From the human T2T-CHM13v2.0 reference genome, Homo sapiens: a stretch of 64,000 nt of DNA. A model generated the notes under the pieces. The model was not told where the DNA came from. It saw only the letters and a list, made by a program, of their open reading frames with translations, and made no database searches. The stretch lies in NCBI RefSeq assembly GCF_009914755.1, contig NC_060926.1; one strand, given 5' to 3'. The translations under genes were made by a program, and so were the position numbers. The first letter of the stretch is position 1, and every line of letters begins with the position of its first letter. Positions 1-11,816 of this stretch are shown here, piece by piece.

Positions 1-2435
1 ATCTATGATGAGGTTTTGAGTTGGGCAGTGAAATCATGGCAGGGCAGGCTGTGCTCTGGGTGCTGTGGAGAACAAGGGGACACTCCTGCAGGGTTAGTGA
101 TGCTGGGAGTTCAAGGGGAGACTCAGCATGGAGCTGCCTGTTGAGTCACCCCAGCAATCCTGTCTGGACAGTGATCATCTCACAAGTGTACTTGGATGCC
201 AGTGGATGGCCCAAATGTGGGTTCAGGTTGGACAAGGACAAAGCTTTAGGGATGAACATATGGGGCTCATTTGATAGTCTGAAGTTTCAGCACAAGCGTA
301 ATGAATCATATGGGAAAAGAAAGGAGTCACAAGGTTGTGACTTTTCATTTGATATTAAAATATATTCCCTCTGCTCATTTTTCCCTACAGAATGTAACTA
401 CTGTTACATATTTAACCAAAGTCATTGTTTTTAATTTTCATTTTAGTAACTGACAGCCTGTGTGCAGAGTTCCTAAATAACTGGAAAGCCAGGCCGTCAT
501 TCCTATGGCTGAAGCCAGGAAGTGACTGTGGATATGAAGAAATGTGAGTTTCATGTACATGTCTCTAAAGCCACGGGCCACTGATCTGGTGGGAACCTGC
601 AGTCATTTCACTTTCTCATACCCAGATGAGAGGACACCTTGATCTGTGTTCATCTGATGATCTGATGAACTCTAAAAACTGGACCATATTCTGAAGGTCT
701 AGTTCACACTTCTTTTCTGTGCTAGAGGGACTCTACTCACATGTATTGTACACTCTGCATAGGACAGTCTGTGATACATACAAGTTTTTTTCTGCTAAAT
801 ACTCATCAATCTTGTCATTTATGCATCTTCTATAGTTGTTACCTGACCTATGGCTATGGGGTCTTCCAAAAGAATGGGCCAGAGGTGGAGCTGTGAAACT
901 GTAGCTGAATAAGAAGTGTAAGTGTCAAGATAGGGTAAAGAAGTGTTGATAATAATAATATTTCAAATTAGTCTGGGCTCTTGGCTGTGATTACTGGTAA
1001 GTGGGAAAGAGTCTAGGTTTGTTTTTTTTAAGTTTTATTTTAATTGATAAAGTAGCCAGGGTAAAGTGCACAAATCTTCAATGTGCAACTGAATAAAGTT
1101 TATGTGTAATTCATTGTCCAGGTGGAATGATAGAATATTTCACATACTCTTGTGCTTCCCTCATGGACAATCTTTGTCAGTTTTCGCCCCTCCCACCCAG
1201 CCATAGTAACTGTTATTCTGACATCTAACACAATCACTTAGGTTTTCCTGTCTTGAACTTCACATAAATAGCATTAAGTGTATTTTTCTCTTTTTAGCCT
1301 TGGTATTGCTCCTTACAATGTTTGAGGCCTTCATTTCTTCCAGTGGACTCAAGGTCCTGTCTGATGTCATTTCCTGGGATTCTGAAGGATTTTCTCTCAA
1401 ATGTCTTATAAGACATAGCTGCTATGAATGAATGTACTTTTTTATCAAAGAAAATTTTTTTTTGCTTTTTCTTTAGATGTGAAGGTATTTTCACTGGATA
1501 TAGAATTCCTAGTGACTTTTTTCTCCTTTCAGCATCTAAGTATGTCATTTCACTGCTTCTAATCTCTATTGGTCCTAATGAAAACTTAGCCAATAACAAT
1601 ATGTTGTTTCTGTGTATTGGTTGGGAGATGATGTTTGACAGTGATCAGTTTGTGAAGCAGAGGCTTGTGTCACAATACTTTCCACAGTACTACATTTAAA
1701 AATGGCGAATGGCCTTTCATTCTTGATGCAGTGAAGATTTTCTGTCTTTCAACATTTTAATATAATGTGTTCAGTTATTAATTTCTATTATCTAAAAGGG
1801 TTTTATTGAATTTTTTCATCTAAGAATATTTTTTATTACTTTTGAAAAGTTTTTGTCATTATTTCTCCAAGGATTTTTTTTTCAGCCACTTTCTCTGTCT
1901 CTCCTCCTTTGTGACTCTCATTATACTTTTGTTGGTATCCTTCACTCTGAGCTATAAATCTCTGACGTCTTCCTCCTTTTTTTTAAACATTTTATTTAGA
2001 CTCAATAAGTTCTATTCCTTTATTTTCAAGTTAACTGATTATTCTGCCATCTCAAATTGCTATTAGACCTAGCTAATACGTATTTAAATTGGATTATTTT
2101 ACTTTTCATTTCTAGAGTTCCAATTTGGTCATTTTTTATATTTTCCATATCTTTTCTTGAGGCCCTACTTGCCAAATCTTCTTAATATTTTCTTTTTTAT
2201 GTCAATGATCATAGTTTTAAAAATAATTATTTGAAAATCTTTGTAGTCTTTACTAAATCCGATAATTACGGCAAGTTAGAATCAGCTTTCGTTGACTATT
2301 TTCTGTTGTCATTATTGTAGTTGCTTTATTTTTGTTCCTTTAATATTGGTCATTCTTCTAGTTTTTTTCCCAGGAGCTGTTAAACTGACAATTTTACATT
2401 TTTGATAATACAGTACCTCTCTTTAGATTATGGGT

Positions 2436-2738
2436 TTTTTAATTTTAATTTTAATTTTTTAGAAATAGGGTCTTACTCTTTCACCCAGGCTGGAGTATGG
2501 TGGTGTGATCATAGCTTGCTGCAGCCTCAACCTCTTGGGGTCCAGTGGTTCTCCAGCTTCATCCACCTGAGTAGCTGGGACTATAGGGGCATGCCATTAC
2601 TCTCTGCTATTTTTTTTTTTTTAAATAGTAAGATATTTTGCCCACCCAGCCTGGTCTCGAACTCCTGGCATCCAGTGATCCTTCTGCCTCAGCCTCCCAA
2701 AGTACTGGGATTACAGGCTTGAGCCACCACGTCAGGCC
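2436..2738 (-). mobile_element. Old Alu (AluJ-like); paralog at 60436-60748
   Basis: Alu consensus on minus strand ending GGCC at 2738. Confidence 0.85.
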
Positions 2739-2859
2739 TGGAATTTGTTTTGTTTTTCTGATCATTTTTTAATTTTCTTCTTAGTTACTTGGGTGAACTT
2801 ACTGATAGTACCTGACTTATGATGCTTGGAGTTATAACTTTTTGACTTTCAGATGGTAT

Positions 2860-3120
2860 GAATGTGATATGCATTCAAGTAGAAATAGAAATTCTAGTAT
2901 TTATACAACTATTCTATTTTCTCTTTCAATATAGTATTCAATAAATGACATGAGGCATTCAACACTTTATTGGAAGATAAGCTTTGTGTAAGATAATGTC
3001 GCCCAAGTGTAAGCTAATGTAAGTGTTTTCAGCACATTTAGGATAGGATAGGCTGAGCTATAATGTTAAGTGGATTAGATGTATTAAATGCATGTTCATT
3101 GCATGATATTGAAAAATCTA
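2860..3120 (-). mobile_element. Tigger-family MITE fragment (MER47/Tigger5-like); paralog near 60880-61130
   Basis: ATTCAACACTTTATT...GCTAATGTAAGTGTT...TGTATTAAATGCAT recalled as MER47-type sequence. Confidence 0.5.
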
Positions 3121-4157
3121 TCTCACGTGGTGTTTGACCACTGATATCACTGCTTCCTTTTATTCTTAATATTAATATTTAGTTTGAATTTATAGGAACT
3201 GCACATGTATCTGCATAGTGAAGTGGTCACCAATGATTTGAGACGTTTTGCTTAAATATCTAGAGGTTATAAATCTATCTTCTGTCAACCCATCTGTGTG
3301 TAGTTTAAAAAGCAAACTGCATGCAAAATGCAGCTAGTTCTTGAATCCTTCTGGTTTTACTTTGCACCGGAAACTCCTTGTTCTCATCACTCATATCTAT
3401 ATCTTCTAGGTCACTAGGAATGTGTGCAGAGATTATTTCAGCAATATGGGTCTATCTCATCCAGGAATCTGCTATTTACTATCAGCAGATGTACTACTTG
3501 CCTCAAACAGGTCATCATCTTGGACTTGTAAAGCTGTGAGATTTTTCTGTTCATTTCCTATGGAGTTCTGCATGTTTAGCTGGAAACACTGAATAATTTT
3601 TTTTCCACTCCTTGGCTTTACTCAAGTCCACCCACTTTGGCAGCAAGCTGCTAGTTTTTTTTGCTACGCTCATATTGGTAAAACTTCAGTTCTGTAATTC
3701 ATGCTGATTGAGCTGGGGGTAGAAGGCTGCTGTCACAGGCAAAAGGCTACAGACATTTTCTGTCCTTACTCAAAGCACTGGTACTTTTTTTTTCTATAAA
3801 GAATATGCATCCTTAATTATTTTATACTTCACCAATTTTCAGAGTGCTGAAATAGTTTTGATACTTCAGCTTTATATTTAAATGTGTGTTTGTTGTTTAT
3901 TTTTGCACCGAAGATTTATTAAACTCTTTGTGATGCCATAAACAGAGATGCCTTCTAAAATGCATTTAGTTGAACATAATAGCCACGGTGAAATGGTACG
4001 ATGCAATGGACTAACATAAGTAATTTTGGACTTGACAACTTGAACTCCAAAATGGCCAAATAGAGCTGAGATGCTAACACTGAGTGGCCACCCCACTAGC
4101 TGTCTGTAAAGGAAGCAGCTGGTATAATAATCTAGTAAACACTGATGGTCTTGTTGG

Positions 4158-4185
4158 GGTTTTTGTTTCATGTGGAATCACTGTG
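4158..4185 (-). other. 12-RSS of IGKV3-11
   Basis: CACAGTG (4185-4179), 12-nt spacer, ACAAAAACC (4166-4158): full consensus. Confidence 0.97.
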
Positions 4186-4701
4186 GGAGGCCAGTTGCTA
4201 CGCTGCTGACAGTAATAAACTGCAAAATCTTCAGGCTCTAGGCTGCTGATGGTGAGAGTGAAGTCTGTCCCAGACCCACTGCCACTGAACCTGGCTGGGA
4301 TGCCAGTGGCCCTGTTGGATGCATCATAGATGAGGAGCCTGGGAGCCTGGCCAGGTTTCTGTTGGTACCAGGCTAAGTAGCTGCTAACACTCTGACTGGC
4401 CCTGCAGGAGAGGGTGGCTCTTTCCCCTGGAGACAAAGACAGGGTGGCTGGAGACTGTGTCAACACAATTTCTCCGGTGGTATCTGAAATTGGAAATAAA
4501 ACAGAAATGCACTCATGTAATCAAGATCAAACCAACTGTCTTTGAGTAGAGCCAAAATTGTTGATATACTTTGAATTTTAATTATATTTCTTGCTGAGCA
4601 GAGGTGGCAAGAGTTTTCACTAATGTGCAAAACCACCTCATGTTCCCCTCACCTGGGAGCCAGAGTAGCAGGAGGAAGAGAAGCTGAGCTGGGGCTTCCA
4701 T
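4186..4701 (-). CDS. IGKV3-11: Immunoglobulin kappa variable gene segment IGKV3-11 (germline, intact): L-part1 4701-4653, intron 4652-4484, L-part2 + V exon 4483-4186
   Basis: ATG at 4701 with leader [16 protein letters not shown]; GT/AG 169-nt intron; 287-nt V region [95 protein letters not shown], recalled as IGKV3-11*01. Confidence 0.96.
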
Positions 4702-4754
4702 GGTTCCCTCTGGGTCCTAACTGAGCAGTTCCTCCCCAGGGCTCTGACACAGGC

Positions 4755-4835
4755 ATTGATATGGGCTCTGGAAGGTAGGGCAGCTGGGAGGGACATGCAA
4801 AGCAGCTGGGTGGGAGCTGAGCTTCCAGCTGCAGA
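4755..4835 (-). promoter_or_regulatory. IGKV3-11 promoter (variant octamer, TATA-like element, E-box/pentadecamer-like)
   Basis: CTTTGCAT at 4802-4795 (one mismatch to ATTTGCAT), ATATCAAT at 4762-4755, TGCAGCTG near 4833-4826. Confidence 0.75.
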
Positions 4836-6776
4836 GACCACCTGCTTCTTCCTCTCTGCACTGAGCATCCTGCGCCACCCTGGTTGTCAGGCCAGAAAAG
4901 TCTGTTGGCTCAGTCTGAGTGTAGAACTTCTCCCTTGTGCTCAGAGAATTTCATTCCTATGTCTTTCTTCTCCTCAATCACCTAAATTCACCCAGATGAT
5001 GTTTGGCACAAGCCTGTTAAGAACAATATAAAAGGCTGTGTTTTCATTTCTCTCTTCCTATCCTCAATATGCCCAGTCATCTCCCTAAGTGCATTATTGG
5101 ATCGATGGAAATGAGGAGTCTGTTAGAACTTAATCTTCCAGATACACCTTTCATTTGCTTGTTAGTAATGTTTTCTGAGGGTCCTGAAACTTTCCATTAA
5201 CCCAGACACATACCCTCTTTGAGTTAAAAAGTTAAAACTTCTGTTTACAGTCACATGTCCTGGCAGCCCTGACATAGATGCTCCATGGCTTGCCGATTGC
5301 TTGAAATTGACCAACTAACTTAACTTCCCTGTGTCTCAGTTTCCATATCTGTGTAACTGTGACAATACTGGTGCCTACCTTACAGTGCTGTAGACAGTTT
5401 AAAGAAAATAAGATAAAACATTTACAGTAGTACTCAGGACATTATGTATGCGGCAATTATTTTTGTTTTTATTGATTAAATATTTAGCACTACAGTCATC
5501 ATCATTATCATAAATATACTTACTTGGCACAGAAAAGAGTCTTCAATCTAATCCAAGAATGTTTTATCAACAGTCAAATTAAATTCTAGGGCTTTTTCTT
5601 CACTAACTGTACACAACTCTTAAAATCCTAATGATTTGGTCTTAATCTGTGCTAAAATGCTCAGACCTTCAATCATTCCCGCCCATCTCTGTCTAACGCA
5701 TTAATTCTCATCATCCATTATCAAAATGTTATCCTATGAAAGTTTCCCATGTCCTGCTGCTTTCCTTCTTTCTTACATAATCTTTAGTCTACCTTGTTAT
5801 CTTTTGTCTTATTTTTGCCCCAGGACTGACAATAAGGAAAAGCTACCATCATTACTTGTGGACTTGCTCCAGTATAATTTTGTCAGGCTTGTTATCTTGG
5901 AAGTGAGGACTATGTCTTGCAAAGAAACATATTCATTGGGTCAATGTGTTATCAAATAAAAGATTTTATCTACTTATCATCCAATAATTAATTTAGACTG
6001 ACTTGAACAGATTTTTTTTAAGGACGAAAAGGAGAAGATGATATAAGAGGAAAATACAATACAATATCAAATGCTAGCTATTATGACTCTTGCTTCATGG
6101 ATTTTTACATATATATTAGACACATGGTGGGTATATGTGTGCAATGATGATCCAAAAACTGAATGCTGACTGGCATAAGGAATGCCTGCATTACACTGAG
6201 TCTTGTCTACTTTTCCAATTATGAACAGAAAGCTGCAGTAGTATTTGTATGAGTATCAAAACTTCTAGCTGCCTGAGATAGAGGTAGAGCAGATTTACTG
6301 AAATAAAAGCCTTGGAAGTAGGAGAGGTTCGTCCTGTGATGATATGGCTGTTGCTCTGGTTGCTGTTGTTAGGAAATACAGTGGGAGTGAAAGCAAGTAG
6401 AAGATTGACAAGCTCTGCTCTTCCTCATACTCACAACCCCCTCTAGAGATGGACAGATGCTGGTACAGGAATCTCTGACACCTCTAAGGAAGTCTCTTTG
6501 CTTTTTCCAGAATCTTTCCTGACAAGTATTGTATGAGTCACAGATGAGGTGGAAGTGGGTGTAGAAGAAAGGACTAGAGCGAGGGAAGAAGTTTTCAGTC
6601 CCAGGTAGTTGTTGTTGCCACGGGGAAACTGAATTTTTCAAAGATTTGTGCCACACTTCTATCGTGTTGGGGAGAGAGGCATCAAACCAGGCTCACTCCT
6701 GAGAGAATCATTACATTATTTTAGAGAGAAGGAACTGTAAATTTCTTGTCAAATAGATGTTTAAAATTCAAAGCTA

Positions 6777-6985
6777 TCGAGACCATCCCGGCTAACAAGG
6801 TGAAACACCGTCTCTACTAAAAATACAAAAAATTAGCTGGGCGTGCTGGCGGGCACCTGTAGTCCCAGCTACTTGGGAGGCTGAGGCAGGAGAATGGCAT
6901 GAACCCGGGAGGCAGAGCTTGCAGTGAGCGAGATCGCGCCACTGCACTCCAGCCTGGGCGACAGAGCGAGACTCTGTCTCAAAAA

Positions 6986-7016
<31 letters not shown>

Positions 7017-7026
7017 ATATAAAAAC
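6777..7026 (+). mobile_element. 5'-truncated AluY with (TAAA)n tail
   Basis: Starts at TCGAGACCATCCCGGCTAA; CpG-rich; TSD ATTCAAAGCTA at 6766-6776 and 7027-7037. Confidence 0.92.
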
Positions 7027-7042
7027 ATTCAAAGCTACTGAT

Positions 7043-7334
7043 TTTGTTGTTGTTGTTGTTGAGATGGAGTCTTGCTCTGTCACCCAGGCTGGAGTGCAGT
7101 TGCATGATCTTGGCTCACTCCGTTTCCCAGGTTCAAGCGATTCTCCTCCCTCAGCCTCCCAAGCAGCTGGGATTACAGGTGTGTGCCATCACACCTGGCT
7201 AAATTTTGTATTTTTAGTAGGGACGGAGTTTTGCCGTGTTGGTCAGGCTGGTCTCGAATTCCTGACCTCTGGTGATCTGCGCGCCTCGGTCTCCCAAAGT
7301 TCTGGGATTGCAAACATGAGCCACTGCCCCGGCC
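7043..7334 (-). mobile_element. AluS with (CAA)n tail
   Basis: Full Alu on minus; TSD CTACTGAT at 7035-7042 and 7335-7342. Confidence 0.9.
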
Positions 7335-7782
7335 CTACTGATGTATTACTATTATTCATCTTCTTGAATACAGCAAGTGGTAAGGTGCAAATCCACAATT
7401 TAAACTTGAGATTTCTACTCCTATGTGAATTATACCAGTGAGGAACAGAAAAATTCTGTATTGTTTGGGAGATGATGTTTGACAGTGATCAGTTTGTGAA
7501 GCAGAGGATTATGTCACAATACGTTCCACGGTATTACATATAAAAATAACGAATGGCCTTAAACCCAGAAGAGTCTGCATTTCTCATGAGCCATACTACC
7601 ACCAAGAAAGAATTGAATTGAAACTCGTGACTACTTGATGAAGGGTGTATAGGAAGAGGGAAAGAAAAAGGACACAAAACATAATATTGTAAATGGAAAT
7701 GAGAAAGTCATTACACAGCCTATTAGAGTAAAAAAAATAAAGAGAGGCTAAATGAGTAACTTTTTGGCAACTAACTTGACAA

Positions 7783-8017
<235 letters not shown>

Positions 8018-8049
8018 TAAAGCAGTATTTTCATTTAGTAAAGTGTAGA

Positions 8050-9658
8050 AGAAAAAACATAAATAAAGTGACAACAAGAAAACAAAATGCCATTATGAAA
8101 AATGGTAACTTTAGGGCAGAAAACAAGAAAAGGCAAACCAAGATTCTCATAAGGTAAGCCTCCAATCCACAATCCTAGGAGGAATGTCAATGCTGAAAAC
8201 CCTGGAGCATCCAGGGAGTGGCCAAAAATACTAAATGCTGAAAACCCAGAGTACCCGAGTATCAGCCTATGAGTGTCCCCACACCAAATGCCAGGAAACC
8301 CTGGAATATCCAGGGGCTGACCAGTGCAGAAAATCCTGGAGCCTCAGTTGGGTGGCCAACAGTGAGCCCCAAAGGCCTGATTGGGACCACAGAACAATGT
8401 GACTCTGGCTTCTTACGGCCAACAGAACAGGAGAATTCTTACATCCAAGTGTCCTGCCTTAAACAATTGCACAAACACAATTAGCAGGGAGCCAAAGCCA
8501 AAACTGCAAAGCAAACACATATATCAGGGCAGAAAATAAGATAAAATGGCTGATGGATAAATAAAATGGCATTAGAGGAGAAATGACTAAGAGAAGGACC
8601 AAGGAGGATGTAGTCAGGTGTGCTATGGAGGACTTCAAATGGACTATCGAGTCAAAGGCCTTATTCCCTGGATCATCCAATATAGGTCAGGTGGGCAGAG
8701 GGGACACTTACAGGTGTGCAGGAGCCAAAATGGTGCCAAGCAGTCTCTAACGTGGGGCCTGCGTGAAAATCTCTCCAGGCTCCCCAGCTTGGGTGGGTTG
8801 GGCTCCTACGGGGAACTGGAGCACGGAGCGGCTGGCCTGCATGAAGCAGTGGCTCTGTGGCCACTTGCCCATCCCCAGGGCTCCACCGCCTGTCAGGAAA
8901 GATGATGGCTCTTAAAACAGCCTTTGGCTAGTGTTAACAGCTCTGCAATGTTAGCAACTCTGTAGCTTTGATCGCTGTAGCACTGATCACCGTCTCACCC
9001 TCTCTCACTGATCTCTGTCTTCCCAATTCTCCAATAGCTGTCCTGCTCATTGCTGACCGCTATGTCCATCTTCTCACAAAATCCCATCTCTTGCTGTCTC
9101 TTGTTGTCTTGCTTTCTCTGCTGTTTCTGCTGTCTCACTGCCACATCAGACGCTGCCTCTCACCATCTCTAGAGTTGAGTGGCTGGCTTAATCCTGATGC
9201 AAGGCAAGTTCTTGGATTTGCTCGGGAAAGAACGTTAGAGTAAGCCGGTGATTGAATAAAACAGCTTTATTGATGGGGCAGCAGTGTTACAGCTCTGTGA
9301 CTAAGCCTGTGGAGCAGGCATAATTCATAGGCAGAGGGCCAAGAGTAGCAGCCAGGTGCAGTTTTACAGTCACATTTATACCCACTTTTAATCATGTGAT
9401 AATTAAGGGGTGGGTTATCGAGAAATAGCTCGAAAATGGGTCGTGTTGCCCCAACTTCCCGGTGTTGCCATGGCAGGGCAGCAATTTCCAGGTGTTGCCA
9501 TGGCAAGGCGCTGCGACTTCTGGATGTTGCTATGGCAATGGTAAACTGTCATGGTACTGGTGGGTATGTCTTACGGAGAGGTGTTTTCAGAATCCTATTC
9601 CTGTTTTGGCCAGCCTCACATCTGGTCCAGAGTGAAGTGCTGCCTACCTCTTACCTCA
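8050..9658 (-). mobile_element. ERV1 (MER4-group-like) LTR (about 9165-9658) plus internal leader sequence
   Basis: Minus strand starts TGAGGTAAGAGG; TATA and AATAAA present on minus; degenerate internal tandem repeats at 8190-8360. Confidence 0.5.
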
Positions 9659-10154
9659 AAAGTAACAAGAAATCTGTAATAACAAGTTACCCAGAAAAAA
9701 CTCCAAATTTTATTTGGTGGTTAGTGACATGGTACTTATCAAAATTACACAAACTTTCAAGGGAATAAAAAAAATACTCAGAATTATTATAGGAGGTCAT
9801 AATGTCCTCCAGTCCAAAAATTAATGAGGACATAACAAAAAAAGGATATTAAAGGCTGGTATCTCTTATGAACATAGACACAAAAATCATAAGAAAAAAT
9901 AAAAATGGAATCCATCTGTGTATCTACACATTTAGTGAACACACGTTGTAAAAAGTGTTACAGTTTTTACGATAAGAACTCTTGATAGGTAATTTTAATT
10001 TCTGAAAAATTTATATGAACTATAAGGTATGTTGGATCTCTTTCCCTAACTTAAAAAATATTTCCTCGCATTTAAATATTTTCCAATTTTTAATAACTTT
10101 TTATTACTTAGACTTTTAGTTGATATAAATAAGAAATGTGTATTAAAAGCCTAC

Positions 10155-11784
10155 CATTTTGATTTAACCTATGAAACACATTTAAATTCTTGGAAAAATC
10201 CAAAAATACCTAGAAAAGTGAGCTCTTGCTAGAAGATACACAGTTCTTTAGTGTCAGGCTGAGATTATCTACCAGAAATAACTTTTGGCTCATGTAGCTT
10301 TCAGTACACTGCAAGAATAAAAGATGTGAAGACAACATTACTTAATTGGATTTGCAATTACTCACTATTCACTATTAACCAATTTTATTGAAAAAAAATG
10401 ATTCCAATCAAATACTCTGATTTTAAATGTACTGTTGAACAAGTACACTCGTGTAAATGCCTCCAAAATCAATACACACAACATTTCTATAACTCCAAAA
10501 AGTTTTGTCCTGCTCTTCAGGAATCAACTTGCTTTCCACCTCACAGAACAGACCATCCTTGGTCAGCTTATTGTTAGTATAGATTTCACTTTCTTTTTAA
10601 GAATTTTACATAAATGGAATATAGCACGTGTTCTTTTGTGGCTGGTGACTTTCATGCAGCATAATTGTTTCCTAGGCTCATTCATGTCGCCCTGTGTCCT
10701 CATGATGTGTTACTCTTCACTTTTGGGTACTATTTAACTGTGTAGTAATTTCACAATGTATCCCACCACCTGCTGATAGATATGTGGGTTGTTTCCACTT
10801 TGGGCTATTATGGATAAAGCTACCAAGAATGGTATTATACATGGCTTTGCATGAATATTTCTTTATTTCTTTTAGGCAAATACCCAGGAGTGCAGTTACT
10901 GGGTCTTACAGCAAGTGTTTAATACTCCACCAAACTGTTTTCCAAAGTAGTTGTACCATTTTACATCTCAGCCCAGAATTGATGAGTGTTCTCAATGTTT
11001 CAGCTACTTGTTTTTAAGAATTTTTCTTAATCTTCACTCAACAGTGACCAGAATGGCTAATCATCATTAAGTCATGTTTTCCTTACAATTCTCTTGACTT
11101 TTATGGGTGCTTGACTTGTATTAGGATATTGAAAACAGGATCAATATTGTCTAAACCCCCTTTCAAACACTTTTCCTAAGTCATGATATTTAGGATGATA
11201 AGAGGAGATCTAAAGGGACTGCTGGTAGTAGTAACAGGCATTATTCAATATTTATTATCATACTCCATAAGGCAATACATTTTGAGTGAAATAGCATTCA
11301 ATTAGACTCAGGATAAAAAGCTTCTAATCTCAGCTTTAGCATTAAATATTAGGAAACCTTTGAGAAAACAATCCAGGAAGACAAATCAGAGTGTTTTGCT
11401 AGTGGAGAAGTGCTGCAACACCTAAACCCTATTAATGCCAGATCTTTGCAGTGATTTCCACTCATAAAGTTGGGTTGACTCCTTGCCTTGTTCTCCTATG
11501 TGTCTGTGTGACTTCATGCTGAGGGGATGTGACATCACAGAGGGAGAAGTGCACTTGTGTACAGAAACATGGCTTAGGAGATTGGCTTTGGAGGTGGCTG
11601 CAATGAAATATACGTTTTGAAGAAGTTCCCTATGAAATGTCTTATAAACTGTTTCTTCTGGCCAGGTGCTCGGGCTCACACCTGTAATCTCAGCACTTTC
11701 AGTGACCAAGGAGAAAGGATCAGGATCATGTAAGGCCAAGAATTTGATGCAAGCCTGGGCAACATAGGGAGACCCCATGTCTAC

Positions 11785-11816
<32 letters not shown>

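Larger units (their letters stand above)
1..5997 (+). repeat. Segmental duplication copy A (IGKV3-11 block), direct paralog of 58061-64000
   Basis: Colinear similarity throughout, roughly 90% by eye, including shared Alu, MITE and V gene. Confidence 0.95.

Noticed and set aside
4074-4466. ORF-track boundaries for V genes (also 17214-17570, 55016-55387, 62082-62471)
   Set aside because: They start at internal or intronic codons and read through the RSS; true structures are spliced leader + V exon, and the 55016 ORF hides an FR1 frameshift
6369-6656. ORF with SVSPWQQQLPGT resembling a lambda V FR2
   Set aside because: No convincing FR3, YYC or RSS at the expected distance; treated as chance, though a profile search could revisit it
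2402-7441. Alu-derived ORFs (2402-2722, 6792-7028, 6869-7105, 7064-7441)
   Set aside because: Typical Alu translation artefacts
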